A DNA stretch of 64,000 bases. Origin: the human T2T-CHM13v2.0 reference genome, Homo sapiens. The notes under the pieces are model-generated. The model did no database searches, was not told the DNA's origin, and saw only the letters and a program-made list of their open reading frames with translations. Where the stretch lies: assembly GCF_009914755.1 (NCBI RefSeq), contig NC_060930.1, one strand, 5' to 3'. Below, piece by piece: positions 24,508-38,623 of this stretch. A program made the translations under genes and the position numbers. Each line of letters starts with the position of its first letter. The stretch's first letter is position 1.

Positions 24508-26674
24508 TAGTTTGGGTAACTTTGAGTCACCTGAAGAGTCAGCCTCAGCCCCAGAGGGTTCTCCCTTCCCCAGGGTGCTGTGTTTGCATGGGAGCACAGA
24601 ACCATTGCCCCTGCAGGGCTTTTCAGTGGAACCGAGTGTCCCCACACGAGCTTTGTCTCCGGATGCACACGAGGAGATTCTGCAGCACAGTGGAGCCGAT
24701 TAAGCCATTACAGCTTTCCAGAGGGAAAAGAAAATTTAGGACGTGTAGAAACTAAGTCTTTGCCCACAATCAAGTTTCCATTCAAATTATGAGAAGGAAG
24801 TGATTGAATGAGAATGAGATGACCTTCCCCTTCCCCCATGGATTTTCCTCCCTCTGGCTCTCTCTGCTCCTGACACGAGCACTGCACCAAGGCGACAGCC
24901 CTGGGCACCCAGGCTGACTCCTGCACTCGGGCACGGACCTCACGGCTGGGCTGACTCCCGCACTCGGGCGCTGAGCTCATGGCCGGTTCTGAAGAACTCT
25001 GGTTCTGCTCATGCCCCACATCAAAATGGCCAAGTCTTCAGATTTGGGATTTCCCAAGCCAAAAGTATTTTCATAGAATTGTATTTCAATATTTACATTA
25101 TCTTTAAAGAAAGTCCAGCTAAAAATCAAAAATAAATAAAAATGTAAAAAATAAAACAATCCCAGAGAGAAGTGGGGTCTACTTGAATGCAATGCAACAT
25201 GAAGTGGACATCTGGACGCCCCTCCTCCAGGGCTCCGCATGCTCCCCGGGGCTCAGGGGCTCGGGTGGGGCAGCTCCTTATGGCATGGGGGAGGGAGGGT
25301 GTCCCCAGGTTCTTGGTCGGGGCAGGTGCAGGCCTGCGGGACACTAGGTGAAGGAGGCAGAACTGGCTGCCGTGTGTGGAGTGGCTTATTCTAATTCAAA
25401 CTCCCCTCTTTTCTTCCTCTTCCTTTTGGGGGAACTCATCCCTCTGAGACCTCAGACAACCATGCACCAGGCTATGGGTGGGGGTAGTGCAGGGCAGGCA
25501 GAGCGGTGAAGGAGAAGCATTCTGCTGTTTTCTGCAGTAAGGTAAATATCGTGGCTGTTGTCTGTTCTGCCTCCTCTCTGCTGTCTGGCTTCGTTAGTGC
25601 AGATCGAGAGCACAGGTCAGTGCCCTGGAAGCTCAAGGGTGTTCAGGATGACCGTAGCAGAGGTCTCCATGCCATGAAGGGAACCCAGCCTTGCTAACTT
25701 CTCCAGGCTCGGTGCCCAGCACCCCCAGGGCACACAGAAACCACCGTGGTGTGAGTGGTGCTGGAGCAGCAGACACAGGCGCATTGTTGTTGGGAGGTGG
25801 TGGCCGCCAGGCTGGGGAAGCCGTTCTGGGGGATGGGGGAGCCCCCGCCAGCTTGCGTGTTTTCTTCCTTAGCAACTGCCCCTCAGAAGCAATACAGGAC
25901 TTTCCCTGATGTCACCTCTGCTGAGTCCACGCCGGGGAATGGCTGAGAAACAACTTCATGCCAGAATCCTGTCAATCTAAGTCTCTACAAAATTCTAGGA
26001 ACCAAGAAATTATAAACTGAAAGCTCTTAATGAGAAGCTCTCTGTGGGCAATGATCTGGGCTCTGCAGGGGGCTCCAGCAGCAGCCAGAGGGAAATAAAC
26101 GTGGACAAGAACAACCTGAGGCTGCTCGGCTGAAGGCCGGAGCATGGGGACTGCCCTAACCCTCACTCACGGTGCAGGGAGCTTCCCAGGAAGTCTCAGC
26201 TCACCTGCAGCCTTCGAACCAGGAGAGGCTCCGTGAAAGAGCAGGTGCGTGGACCGGCCGGAGGGGTCAAGAGAACTGATGCCTTGAATGAATCCAGATG
26301 AGCAGCCACCATTGTGCTGAAATGCCCTTGGTCCCTTCAGAAAGGGCGGGCCACTTCCGTGTGGGTTGGGAAGGTGCCTGGGACCCGGGCCGCCCCGTGG
26401 AGAGCCAGCTTCTGCCCAGGAGGTGCTGGCACCCAGCCACAAGACAGGATGCGGCATGCTGGTGAGGGGTGGTCCCTGAGCTCCCACCACAGCCTCGACA
26501 CGTCTCCACCTGGAGACAAACAGCAGCTTAGGCCTGGGGAGCACCTCTGCAGCCAAGAGCCCCGGGTGCACTTTCTCGCTTCTCGAGCCAGGAACCCATG
26601 TCCAACATGAGTGGAAGTTAAAACTAAAAGCTTTTAATGGAACACTTTGAGTTTCTAATATAAAATAGTCCTGT

Positions 26675-26820
26675 CCGATGCTGTGAGGCAGGTGCCATTG
26701 CCATCTCCATTTTATTAATAAGAAAGTCAAGGCCTACAGAGACATGGCATCTTATCCAGCACAGCTACTAACCCGGAGGCAGGTTTTGAATCCATGTGTG
26801 AATGCACCCAGAGCCCGCCG
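26675..26820 (-). mobile_element. MIR fragment
   Basis: CTGTGAGGCAGGTGCCATTGCCATCTCCATTTTATTAATAAGAAAGTCAAGGC..TTTGAATCCA. Confidence 0.65.
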
Positions 26821-27746
26821 CCTCAGTGAGCCTTGAAGATGGCAGGGCATCCTCACCGGCTTGGCACAGGGCTGGTGGAGACCTGCGGTGCCCACAGTCA
26901 TTTGCAGTGGCTGTCACAGAACTCCAAGGCCTGGCTCTGGTCTCTGGATGTGCTGCGATCTGGGCTCAGGCTCATGTGACTGTCCCGGAAGCTGCGGGCT
27001 TTGCTGCCTAAGCTTCACTTCTGGTGGGTTTGTGAAAGCATATTTTCCAGTCTGTCATGTCCTTGCAGATTCTAGGGTGTGGGATGCAAATGAGGGTTGT
27101 GTTCCATGCTCTCCTGCCTGCTCCACAATACAGTGACTCCTGTGTGTGCCCTCGGCTGCCCTGTCACCAGGCGCTCTCTGCTTGTACGTTATCATCAGTG
27201 CTGCGTCTTCACTTCTGAGGCCTCCGTGATGCACTCCATCAAGGATCCTACCCTGAACCTTAATAGTTCTCACAATTGCCTCGGCAAAGGCCCACCACGG
27301 GATGACTGCAGGGTGGATTTACGTGTAAAGCGTCTCCTGCAGCAGCGGAGGCATTCCCCAGATGGCAGGAGGGAACAGCCAGCCCTCGCTGTGGTGGATG
27401 GCAAGGCCTGCTCCAGGAGACTGGCACTGTTGTGGAATTTCACCCTTTCTGTGGACTTTTATTATTCTTCCTGGGCTAGCTTCACCTCCTGCTCAAGGGT
27501 TTCGACTTGTTCTACCCACACCTGTGAAAACAGCCTCCCATGCCAAGTATTCCCACAGGATCATCCTAATAGATTCCAGGACCTGGCGGCTCCTCTTCCA
27601 ATGCCCCAAACTCTTACAGGGATCAGCTTTCTCCTGCTCGGTCTCGAGGATGCTCAGGGTCTGGCCTCAACCCTGTCATCATTGTCAATCCCTGTGGCTC
27701 CTCCTTCCAAGGAGGCCGGGCAGAACAGCAACAGGAGTAGGTGCAA

Positions 27747-27966
27747 AGGGACAGCAGATGGTCAGGGACAACAGGTGCTCGGGGGCAGCAGGTGCTCAGG
27801 GGGTGGCAGGTGCTCAGGGACACCAGGTGTTGGGGGCAGCAGGTGCTCAGGGGACAGCAGGTGCTCAGTTGGCAGTAGGCGGTCAGGGACAGCAGGTGCT
27901 CAGGGGGCAGCAGGTGCTCAGGGACAGCAGGTGCTCAGGGACAGCAGGTGCTCAGGGACAGCAGGC
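27747..27966. repeat. G-rich minisatellite, 17-18-bp unit (CAGGGACAGCAGGTGCT), about 13 copies
   Basis: Directly visible; 10 CAGGTG hexamers. Confidence 0.93.
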
Positions 27967-29967
27967 CTGGGTCTAGACCTGCTCCAGCTTGCGTCCTTGG
28001 ACACCTCACTCAGTCCCATGGGGCTCCCTTTCCCCTTCTCCTGGTGGTTGTTGTGAGTGTCAGATAAGACTTTAGCTCCAAGATAGGCCATGGACACATT
28101 TTGGTTGCTGTTCTTAGGCCCTTGGACTCCGGTACCATAGACTCTGATCCCAAAAGCACTAACTCTGAGGAACAGGAGCCTTCTTTCCATCCACACCACA
28201 GCCCTCCCTCACGGAGATATAAGTGAAGACCCATCCCCTCCAGAAACATTTCCCTACACTCCCAGTTGGTCTTGAATCTTGCGACACAAATGTCGTTTCG
28301 CATCTATAGACTGGAGAAGCCCTCTCGGGCATGGAGCCAATACCCCATCCAGCAGAGACAGTCACATGGAAGGAGTAAAACGCATCCCCTGGTGTGAAGG
28401 ACTCAGGGTCTAAGGGAGATTCCCACCCAAACAAGAAACAAGGGAGCTCTGACATCAGTGAGGCAGACGCTCAAGGCAAGAATAGGAAGTGAAGGTCCCG
28501 CCCAGAAAGCAAGGCAGGGCTGGCTGGGGAGGAGAGCCCAGAGCTCTCAGCAACAGTGCGCTCTGCATGGCAAGTTCACAGTCAGACAGCTCACCTTCCT
28601 GACAGCTCCCTTAGATTCCACGTCCTTGCTGTGGCCCCTCCCACATGGGACACAGGTAGGCGACCCCGGGCGTGGACACAAAGACCCCATCATTACACAA
28701 TGTCTCTAAACACACCGATATAACCCCATCCTCCAGAAGTGCCTTCTCTTTGTTCTTGGCCTGGTATTTGTATTTTTAAAGCATGAACTCTACTCATTGT
28801 TCTGCACTCTCATGGAGAAAAAAGGGAGAGGAGGAAAGAAACCACCTTTTTGTGTTTGTTTGAATTAGTCCCTTGTTAGGCAGTTTCATAACAAAGTAAT
28901 TTAGGTATAACTATAGGAGGCAGACATTATATGGCTGTTTTGCAGAGGTGAAAACAGTTTCAAGAAATTTGGAAAACTTGCTCACAGCTTTTGAATTATG
29001 CCACACCCTTTTCTGAAATACAACCTGGGCTCTACTCTCCTGCTTAGCTGATAACCTAATGGCATTCAGCTGGGCCAGTGAGTGGCTAGAATGCTTATTT
29101 TGTGTACATAATGGAAGTGTTAGGAGATTTATATTTTGAATTTGTCAAGAGTGCCAGATTATTTTCTAGTTTACTTTGCTTACACAACTTGAAGTTCTGC
29201 TAATGTAAATATAATCGGTGCCTCAGTTTACCCAGAGAGTTGTTGAATAAGAATGAAAATGTTTCCTAGGGACAGGAGAATGAGAAATAGCCATTAAAAG
29301 GAGAGAACAGAAATCCTATTCCTTTGTGGGTCTGAATACCCTACCCAGGAAATCCCAGGGCAATAAAGACCCCTTTCAGCCACATGTTCTGCTTTAATAA
29401 TCAGATTCAGCAGAAATGCGAGCCAGGCAGGGTGTCGAGATGACCACAGGATCAATGCTAAAAAGGGATGGAGGTTAGATGCTCCTCTTGTCATCTTTCT
29501 TTAAAAAAATCAACAAAGTATAAAAGAGACTTTCATAGTCTTTTCATAACAAGTAAAACTACATGTAAGACGTTCATGAGGGAAGATTGTTGATGGACTT
29601 GATGAACTTAAGTTAATTTTTCTCTGACGGCCCTTCCTATACATTTTTCTAACTCAAGAACATAATCCATTTTATTTTATTAAGGGCTGATTAAATAAGA
29701 AACTTATATTTACCATGTGATTATTTGATATTCTAACGAGTATTCAATGCATCACACGTTTGAGCCCTACTATTTGCAAAACATCATTGCAATGTGCCAA
29801 AGATTATGCAAAGATTACTAAGATATGCCCCTTTCCCATCTTTACTGACCTCAAATGAAACTGGACTTCCTGAAGATTCTAACGTTTGACAGGAATTGTC
29901 ACAGTGTTCTCGATGCTTATGGAAAATGAGAATACCGCAGCGGTGGTCAGATACAAATTACACTAAA

Positions 29968-30052
29968 GCCATATTTCTCAAAATGTGACCTTGAAACCAG
30001 CAGCAGCAGCAGCATTGCCTGGGAACTTTGTAGAAACTCAAGTTTTCACCAC
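29968..30052. mobile_element. MER5A-like DNA transposon end
   Basis: TTTCTCAAAATGTGACC..ACCAGCAGCAGC..CATTGCCTGGGAACTTTGTAGAAA. Confidence 0.65.
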
Positions 30053-30875
30053 TGATGGGGTTCAGGACATGCTACCCCAAAATATGGCCCCTTGGCATTT
30101 GAGAAAACAGCAAAACCTATGATCACTCTCGGACCTACTTCCATCCTTCTTCCCTGAAGCAGGTGATTCATTGGCCCTTCAATCCAGAGGTGATCTTCCT
30201 TTACCCACAGGAAAGGAGCAGCTTTATCTCTGACGACGAAGGGACACAGAGAAGAATCTGAACGCACAGACCTTGACAGGTTGTCCCGGTTTATCACCAT
30301 TAAAGCATGCCGCCTTTGTCCCATCATACTTCCCCACAACTGTCCACTCTGTTGCAGGTGAGTGACAGCTGTCAGGGCCAGTGATGCAGGGGGAAGAAGA
30401 ATTGACCAAGAAAGCTGTAGGTAAAGAAAGGCAGATTTATTAGAGAAAGTAGGAACATGCAACAAGGCAACGAGTAACTGGCAAGAGAAAAGCTGACTCC
30501 CAGGAGACCAGGGTTTGCTGGGATTGTCCAGGATGGTGTTTAAGCTGCGTGTTGAAGACGGCTTTGTGCAGCATGGATCACTCCAGGATTGCAGTGAGCT
30601 CACGTGCATAGCTAGACACAGGAAGACTGTGAGTTATTTGCTCAGGAGAGCTGTGTATCCTGGACCATGGAGAAAGGCAGACTTGTGGCTTATCTGCCTT
30701 CGGTTTCTGCTTTTCCTTGCTCCTGCCAGCCTGGTTCTTTTTCCCTAATGAGGACTCCACACGCTCTTCTTTCTAAAAATGCACAGGTTTCCCTGTTTCT
30801 TTGACTTTCATTTCTGAAGACTCCCATGTCATGTAAAACTATATTAAATAAATTTGCGTGCTTTTCTCTTGTTAA
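30053..30875 (+). mobile_element. ERV1 LTR, MER31-like, split by an LTR47-like element and 3'-truncated
   Basis: TGATGGGGTTCAGGACATGCTACCCCAAAATATGG..; resumes near 30767 with CACAGGTTTCCCTGTTTCTTTG..ATTAAATAAATTTG..CTTTTCTCTTGTTAA. Confidence 0.8.
30350..30761 (-). mobile_element. ERVL solo LTR, LTR47-like, with 5-bp TSD
   Basis: Minus strand starts TGTGGAGTCCTCATTAGGGAAAAAG and ends ..CAACA; flanks CACTC (30345-30349) and CGCTC (30762-30766). Confidence 0.82.
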
Positions 30876-31644
30876 AAAACTATAGGTAAGATGTTCATAT
30901 CAGAGGTGTTTTTAATAAGGAAAAATTAGAAACTGCAAGAGGAGTGGTTTGTTATTGGCAGTTCTTAATCACACTCAGCCATTATGAATGACAGTGCCAC
31001 AGGTGGAAATGCTTTTGATGTACTGGGGTAGGACGTTGTATGTCTAGGGTGGTCATGGCGGCCACTGTGGCAAGACACCCTGGTGAATGTCAGCACCTGG
31101 CAGCTTGTGAGAGGCCTGCTGAGTCCGTGGGCGCAGAAAGTGGGCCCTGAAGGGAATGGCTGTCCCTAAGGTGGGCCATCTTAGGAGGGGGCCAGGTCTT
31201 ATGACTTATACTATACTTGACCAAAGGGAAAAAGTGTTTTACATGATCAAGACAGGGCGGTGATGATTCAGACAAATCACACCAGAGTTTCCAAACTTGC
31301 TAAAAATGTGTGATGCTCTTGGCACGTTCAGAGCCCACGTTCTGAGCAGACACACAGAGGTCATGGTGTCCATCAGGACAGCTAGTGGAATTCTGCCTGG
31401 TGACTCTTGGGTGATGTAGGACAAGGAACACTGATTCTGAATGTGACCTGGTCACGGGGCACACACCACAATCACCCCGTCCTACAAGCTCCTTGCTTCC
31501 ATGGAGATCTATGGCTCATCCTCCCAGCCTCTTACCGATGATGGCCTCTGGGAGTGTGGGCAGGACGCTTGCTCCAGAGAACACAAAGCTCTTCCCCAAA
31601 CCTCTTTCCTATGACAAATCTGTCTCCCTTTACTTTCAACTGTA

Positions 31645-32237
31645 CAGTCACGTGCCACATAAAGATGCTTCACTCAACAATAGAGCACACATGCAACAAT
31701 GCTCCCATAAGATTATGACGGAGCTGAAACATTCCCGTCGCCTGTGATGCTGCAGCCATCGTAACATTAGAGGACAATTACTTCACCTTTCAAAATAAAT
31801 TGAGTGTAGCCTGAGTGCACAGTGTTTATAAAGTCTACAGATGTGCAGTAATGTCCGAGGCCCTCGTACTCACTCACCACTCGCTCGCTGGCTCACGCAG
31901 AGCAACTTCCATCCCTGCAAACTCCATTCATGGCAACTGCCCTATACAGGTGCATCCTTTAAAAAATATTTTATACCCTATGTTCACTGTACTTTTTCTA
32001 TGTTTAAATACACAAATCCTTACCATTGTGTTACAACTGCCTATGGTATTCAGTACAGTCACATGCTGTGCAGGCTTACAGCCCGGGAGCAACAGGCTCC
32101 CCCAGGCAGCCTCTGTGTGTGACGGGCTGCACCACCCAGGTGTGTGGCAGTGCACTCTGCCATGTTCTCACAATGACAAACTCACCCAAGGGTGCATTTC
32201 TCAGAATACATCCCCATCATTAAGCAACCCATGACTC
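31645..32237. mobile_element. Tigger3 (Golem/MER7)-type non-autonomous TcMar DNA transposon, about 590 bp
   Basis: Terminal inverted repeats CAGTCACG.. / ..CATGACTC flanked by TA on both sides; internal TACCATTGTGTTACAACTGCCTA..TATTCAGTACAGT. Confidence 0.9.
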
Positions 32238-34399
32238 TATTCTATGGAAGCAGATTATCGATGTATATAACTAACTTAGCAGGTTAGCGACCAAAGAATT
32301 ATAACATCGTTATTATTAGTTATTACATTATTATACTTAAAGTAGATCTCATTTGTTAATCTCAGATGAAACTGTATCTACTCTGAGCTTCTTACAATTA
32401 ATGAATTGTGTATCGAGGCACACTTACAAATTATTTCACAATTTAAACAAAATGTAAAACAGCTGAATTATTACATTTCTGTATAGTGATACCCAATTCT
32501 TTAATTTTTGTCTTACCTTCATAAAGAATAAGCAAGTTATGTGCAGTGTGTTTTGACTTATACAAAATGTTATCATTTTTCACAGGTTTTATTTCCAGAC
32601 ATTACAATTTTAAAAAGGAAATTTTCCTTTGTGATGATTGAAATTCATGCAGTATATATAACTTGGTTTCAGCTCTGACTTTTTATTAATTGTGAGCCTT
32701 CATTAAAATAACTCATTTGAAAAGAGTAAGGATGGTTACTGCTAAAAAGAACATTTCTTGTATTAATATTTAACTAGTGGCACTCTTAAATCCACAAGCG
32801 AGTAAGTAAACGACATCTGCAAAGGCTTATTGCAGAAACACCAAAGCTGTAACAGGTTGGTTTTAAGGCATTTGTTGTTCTTGCTGTTTTCCTTGATAGT
32901 CTTAAGACAGCCCCTAGGTCTGGGATAATTACTGTGGTATGTAGAATTCTCTTGTCCTGCATGACAATTTCTTATCGTTCTCAAAGATGGAAAGTGCGGA
33001 GGTTCCCACACGTCTCTCCTCGGTCGTCCAGTTTCCCCCGACCCATGGCAGCAAGAGAGGCTGAGTGAAGAAATGAAGCCATTCCGGCCCAGCCATACTC
33101 TGCTGCCTAGGTCCTCCTCTCCATCACATTTTCTCAAAGTTATCTACATTAATGTTAAGGAACATCGGTTCTTTCTCTTTTCAAAACACTATGTAGCTTT
33201 CTTCCCAATGTGTTTTGCGAGGAGACGCATCCTGGGGAGGAAAATGAGGGAGATTTGGGATGAGGGATGCGTGCACCTGTTTCTGGAGTGCAAGGCTTTT
33301 TTTTACTGGGCTTCCAGGCACGGAGGGGGCAGGCAGGGTTGGGGAGCCTGTGGTGGGCAGGGCCCGCACGATGCCACCGCTTCGGCCAGAGCCTGCTGCA
33401 CGGCAGAGCCTGCCCTGCAGACCAATGGCCTTCCCAGGCCCGGTCCAGGGCTCACACCCAGCGGGCCTGCGTATAGCCGGGGCAGCCTGGGGTTTCCGCT
33501 GCAGGAGAGCCAGCAGCCTCAGCTGTGCTCCAGCAGAAAGGACATGGCCGCAGCAGGGAAGCAGCCGTCTCAGCTGGTGAGGACACAAGAAACCAAAGGC
33601 CAGGCAGCCAGGACACAGGAGCCAGGGAAGCCACAGGGACTCAGTGCTCCTCTCTGCTCTGGGTGGGCAGCGGGGGCCTCCCGCCTCTGCAGGGCTGCAG
33701 TTCTGGTCGCTGCAGAAGGCTGGGGCACCGTGTCTGCCTGAAAGGCCAACTGGGCCCAGCCTTGGCTGTGTCCTGCCCCTCGCCTCCAGGTCCCTCTTCC
33801 TTCCAGGGGTCCAGCTTTGTTCCACTCTCTCATCTTCCCAAACAAGCTGCATTATCAGCACTGGGGCAGTGTGATGGAGGGCAGGTGAGCAGTCCCGCGT
33901 GGGGGGGCTGGTGGGCTGCCTGAGGCCCCAGAACAGGGAAAACAGGACCTTGGGGAAGATGGTCAGGGTGGCTGCATTCCACCTGGATTGTTTTCATTTG
34001 AGGGAACGTGGAGAAAACATCTTCACACCTGCCTTGACCTACATTGTAATGGGACTCATCAAACATGAAAGAAACTTTATTTTTAAAGAAAATAGCTTTT
34101 AAACTTCCTCCCTTGAGCCCTTCGTTAGGATTTTTATTTAAATAGTTTTTCGAACAATTTCTTACTGGAAAATATATTTTCTCAGTGAACCTGATATCTG
34201 TGCCCATTTTAATAATTTCTACCAAATAAGAACTGTGAGAATGAAACTGTGGCTTCTGTGTTGGGAGCCGCAAAGCACATAGAACAACGCCTGACAGAGG
34301 GCAGTGGACATTTTTGTTTGTATTGTTTTCTTCCTACACCAGCCTCTCTCATTCTCTTTGCTGTCACAGGCCCCAGCTATTTTGTTTTATATCCTTACA

Positions 34400-35560
34400 T
34401 ATGTATGGGTCCTTGAAGATAGATTATATGATATCTGTCTGCATGTTTTCAATGTATGTAAATTAAGTGTGTGCTTTAAATATGGGTCTGTTCTTCCTGT
34501 TTCCCATTCACCCTGTGTTTTATGATCTCTGTGGTGTTCCTTGCACATCGAATCTATTTCATGCTCCTCTGTGAAATGTACCACTATTTGCAGACAGTGT
34601 GTTCCCCCTACTTTCTAGCATGGATGGACACCCAGTTGCCTGGGGCTCCTGCTCCCTCAGAGCAGGGCACCTCCTGGGAGGCTTCCTCACAGGGCTAGAC
34701 ACGGCTTCCTCTGGGTTTGTGCCAGACATGAGGCTGCTGACCCCAGGAGCAAGTGTCTGGGCTTCACGATTCGGTGCCGTGAGATGTCCCATGCAATGCC
34801 CACGTCTTTGCCAGTCTGGCTTCTCATGGGTGTGTGAGTTTGCTTTTTTCTGATCACTAGTGAGATGAGCACGTCCTCCTCTGCTGTTATCTGCTGATGC
34901 TTCCTCCTTTGGAACCAATTGTTTTGTAAATGTGCCTGTTTTTCTGAGTTGAACGTCTTCTTTTTGATCAGCAAGTGTTCCTGGTGCATTGAAAATATTA
35001 ATTACTTGTTGTTTTCAGTATTGCGAGACATCTGCCGCCCATCTGTTCACTTTGCCCATCTGTATCTTTTGTGACTATGATGTCATCAAGCCATCGTTTT
35101 TACCACTTAGGGTTTGTAACCTGGGCATCCTACTTAAGATACCTTTCCCATCGCAACTTTACAGTTATGCCTGCACACAATTTCTTCTATTAAAGTGTTA
35201 CCCTTCATATTTCTATCTTTAATCCATTTGAGGTTTACTTCTATATATGGGCTGAAAAAGGAATTGAATCATTGTCTTCTCTATAGATGTGCCTCCTAAC
35301 ACCATCTACTAAATGATCACTCTGTTCCCATTAATCTGTGATTGTGCCACAAATATTCCAAACAAGTTCCCTTGTGCAATAGGTTTCTGGACTTCTTATT
35401 GGGTCTCATTGGCATCTTGCATATTCTTGGGCCGTCATCTCACTTTCTTATTATACGCAGGAGACTACCGACCAGCAGTGTGAACACCATTCCTTTTCTT
35501 TTACAAAACTACCTTAACTCTTTATGGAATTTGCTTTTACCATTAGGAAAAATGTGGGTT
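34400..35560 (-). mobile_element. Highly diverged L1M fragments (antisense)
   Basis: L1-like phrases such as TTCTAGCATGGATGGACACCCAGTTG, CTGATCACTAGTGAGATGAGCA and TCTTTAATCCATTTGAGGTTTA; boundaries approximate. Confidence 0.5.
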
Positions 35561-36559
35561 TTTTAATTAAAAAAGTAATGCATATTAAATGTACATATTA
35601 ATATACATTAAATAGCCACAACTTTTTACATGTCAACCATACCTCAACAAAGTGGTTTTAAAAGAAATGTACAATCTTTGATCATTTGTAAAAAATAAAG
35701 TCTAAGATCTTCCCTATGTTTCTTCACTCCACATCATGTTCATTGCCCAGGGTTGCCAACTACCCTGAACAGCTTACCTCTCCCTCTCTCCCTTTCCTCT
35801 CCACCCTTCATCACCCTATGGTTTATCCATTCAATGAGTCCATTCAAAACTTTTTTAAAATGCAAAAATATCATTTTCTAGATGCTATTCTGTAACTTGC
35901 TCTGTTTCGTAGTGTTTTAGTTTTGCAGTATATAATCCTGCAATTCGAGTCCATGTGGATGTGCTTCTCTGATTTTAGAAGTTTTACACCATCATATCCT
36001 CTGGAAAAAACAGGTTTTTTTTTGTTTTGTTTTTGTTTTTTTCCATTCTCCTTTTGACAGTCTTTTGGATGACTGTCAAATCTTTGGCCATCATGGATGT
36101 TGCCTATTCATATATCCTTGGCCACTCATGAGAGAAGATCTCTAATAGCAGAATTAGGAAAAATTGTCTCCTTCGTGGCACTTGGATAAGATGAGGTAGG
36201 GGAGCTACGTATGTAAGACCCTTACATTGTCGATGATAGGGGAACTGACATTCGTCCAAGTTACATAAGCAATACATGACCTGAACTCAAAACTGAGTCT
36301 CAACTTCAAGCTTCTCACCAGACTCTCTTCTTACTTCCACAAATATCGTTTTTTTTTTTATGGTAAACTTTCAACAGGCCATTTTTTATTTGCTAAAAAG
36401 TTTGTTTCTTTCTTCACCCAGTCATCACTGCCCTCAAAGCTATCTGCTCAGAGGGACAAAAACAGCTTCTAGAAAATAGCAAATACAGACTTCCAATAAG
36501 AGAAGTTTAATCCAGAAATATATTATTTAAAATAACTTTTTTTTGGCTAAAAGATATAT

Positions 36560-37280
36560 ATCTTTGCACACACACATATACATATGAAAGAAAATTCCTT
36601 TATACATTTGGAATGTGGAAAGATTTCTAAATTATTTCCTGAAATTGAAAAGTCATAAAAGACAAGATTAGTAAGTTTGACCACATACGAATTTTTTGAA
36701 ACCTTCAAGGCAAGAAAAATGTCATACATAAAAGTCAACAGACAAATAGCAACTGAGACTGAACTTCCTAATATATAAGACCAAATTGATTAAGAAAAAA
36801 AGAAGAAAAAATTCAACATTTTGATCAAAAAATTGGCAACAAGTATGAATAAAAATTTTGCAAAATGATATACCAATGGCTCTTGAGTATATGAAGAGAG
36901 GCTCAACGTTGTTCATAGTGATCACAAGCAAATTAAACTGAACAGGTGTATTTAATCTGTTGGATTGGTAAAAAGCAACAGGTGAAGCTGCTGGGAGGCG
37001 TGCAGACGGGAGTTCTCATGCTGTCCCGGTGCATATATAAATTGCTGCAAACTCCATGGTGAGCAATTTGCAGTATTTCCCCAATTTGCAAGTACAAATT
37101 TGAGAATTTCGCTTTAGGATTTTGTTTTTTTTTGAGATAGCCTTGCTCACATGCTCACATGTGGAATGTTGTTTACACAGTCATTTTTCATTGCAGAAGA
37201 ATTTATAATAGCCAAAGATTGGAAACAACCTACTTGTCTATCAGTCGAGGGCCAATCAATAAAGTTCTGCCATTCTCAGA
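36560..37280 (+). mobile_element. Diverged L1ME-type fragment (sense)
   Basis: TATGAAGAGAGGCTCAAC..; TTTATAATAGCCAAAGATTGGAAACAACCTACTTGTCTATCAG. Confidence 0.6.
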
Positions 37281-37890
37281 TGCAACTGTTTTCAGCTCTT
37301 GCTACTGTTTCTTCTGATAGTTCTCTCCATGTTTCTAAATAATACACCTTGTCCTGTTTCCCATCTTTCTCCATTAGTGTGTTTACTGTACATGTTTAGT
37401 AAGCAGATTTTTAAAGAGAGTTTTAATTATAAATTGCTAGATAATTTTATCAAAATGTTCTGCACTTCTTGAGAAAATCAGATGATTTTTCTTCTTTAGT
37501 TCATTAATGTGATGTATTAAATTGATAAATTTTCTGGCGAAAAACCATCTTGATAGCTCTCTGACACACCGTATTCAATCATGGTGTATTTTTAAATTAA
37601 TTTTAACTAGTTTGAAAATTGATGGATTCATTTACCAATAGATGTTTGTTCAACAGTCAAAGTGGCCTACACATATTTTATTTTATTCTGCCTGTGTTCA
37701 GTTAGGATCGAGGTTATGTTTGCCTTATAAAATAGGTGGTCAGCTTTCATTGTTTTTCCTTTTCTGGAATATCTTGTATAAAATAAGGAATTCTCTGTCC
37801 CTTAGAAGTTAAGTAATCAGTAAGAAAGATCTCCACAAAATAAATTTTAGACAAAAATTAACAAGGTTCAGAATAGTGTAGTACTCTATC

Positions 37891-38390
37891 CTTTTAACTG
37901 TAGTAAAATATACATGGCCGTTAAAATTTCACAAGTTTAACCACTTTCAAAGGTCCAGTTTAGTGGTATCATGCACATTTACATCGTAGTGCAGGCATCA
38001 TCACCATCCATCTCCAGAACTTTTTGTCTTCCCAAATTTAAACATTATACCCAGTCAACACTCACTCCCAATTCCCCCTCCTGGCAGCCCCGCTTTACTT
38101 CCTGTCTCTAGGAATCTGACTCCTCCAGGGATCTCACAGAAGCGGAGCCATTCAGGGTCTGTCCTTTCGTGACTGGCTCATGCCATACAGCACAGTGTCC
38201 TCGAGGTTAGCCCTGTAGTAGCCGGTCTCAAAGCAGATAATATTCCATCGTGCACGCCCGCGTTTTCCTTATCCATTTACCCCCGGTGGACACTGGGTCT
38301 GTCGCCATGTTTTGTCTGCAGTGAACTGTGTTGCTGAGAACACAGGTGTACAGATAACTGAGTTCCTGCCTTCCATCCTTTGGAGTGTCT
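37891..38390 (-). mobile_element. L1MB-type 3' end
   Basis: GTAAAATATACAT..CATCACCATCCATCTCCAGAACTTTTT..TTTACTTCCTGTCTCTAGGAATCTGACT..ATAATATTCCAT. Confidence 0.85.
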
Positions 38391-38416
38391 GCAATACACT
38401 GACTTTTGGGTGCATA

Positions 38417-38606
<190 letters not shown>

Positions 38607-38623
38607 TAAATAAATAAAAATAC

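Noticed and set aside
27097-28056. 319-aa and 204-aa ORFs
   Set aside because: No recognisable domain; their length is partly due to the 17-bp minisatellite and high GC content.
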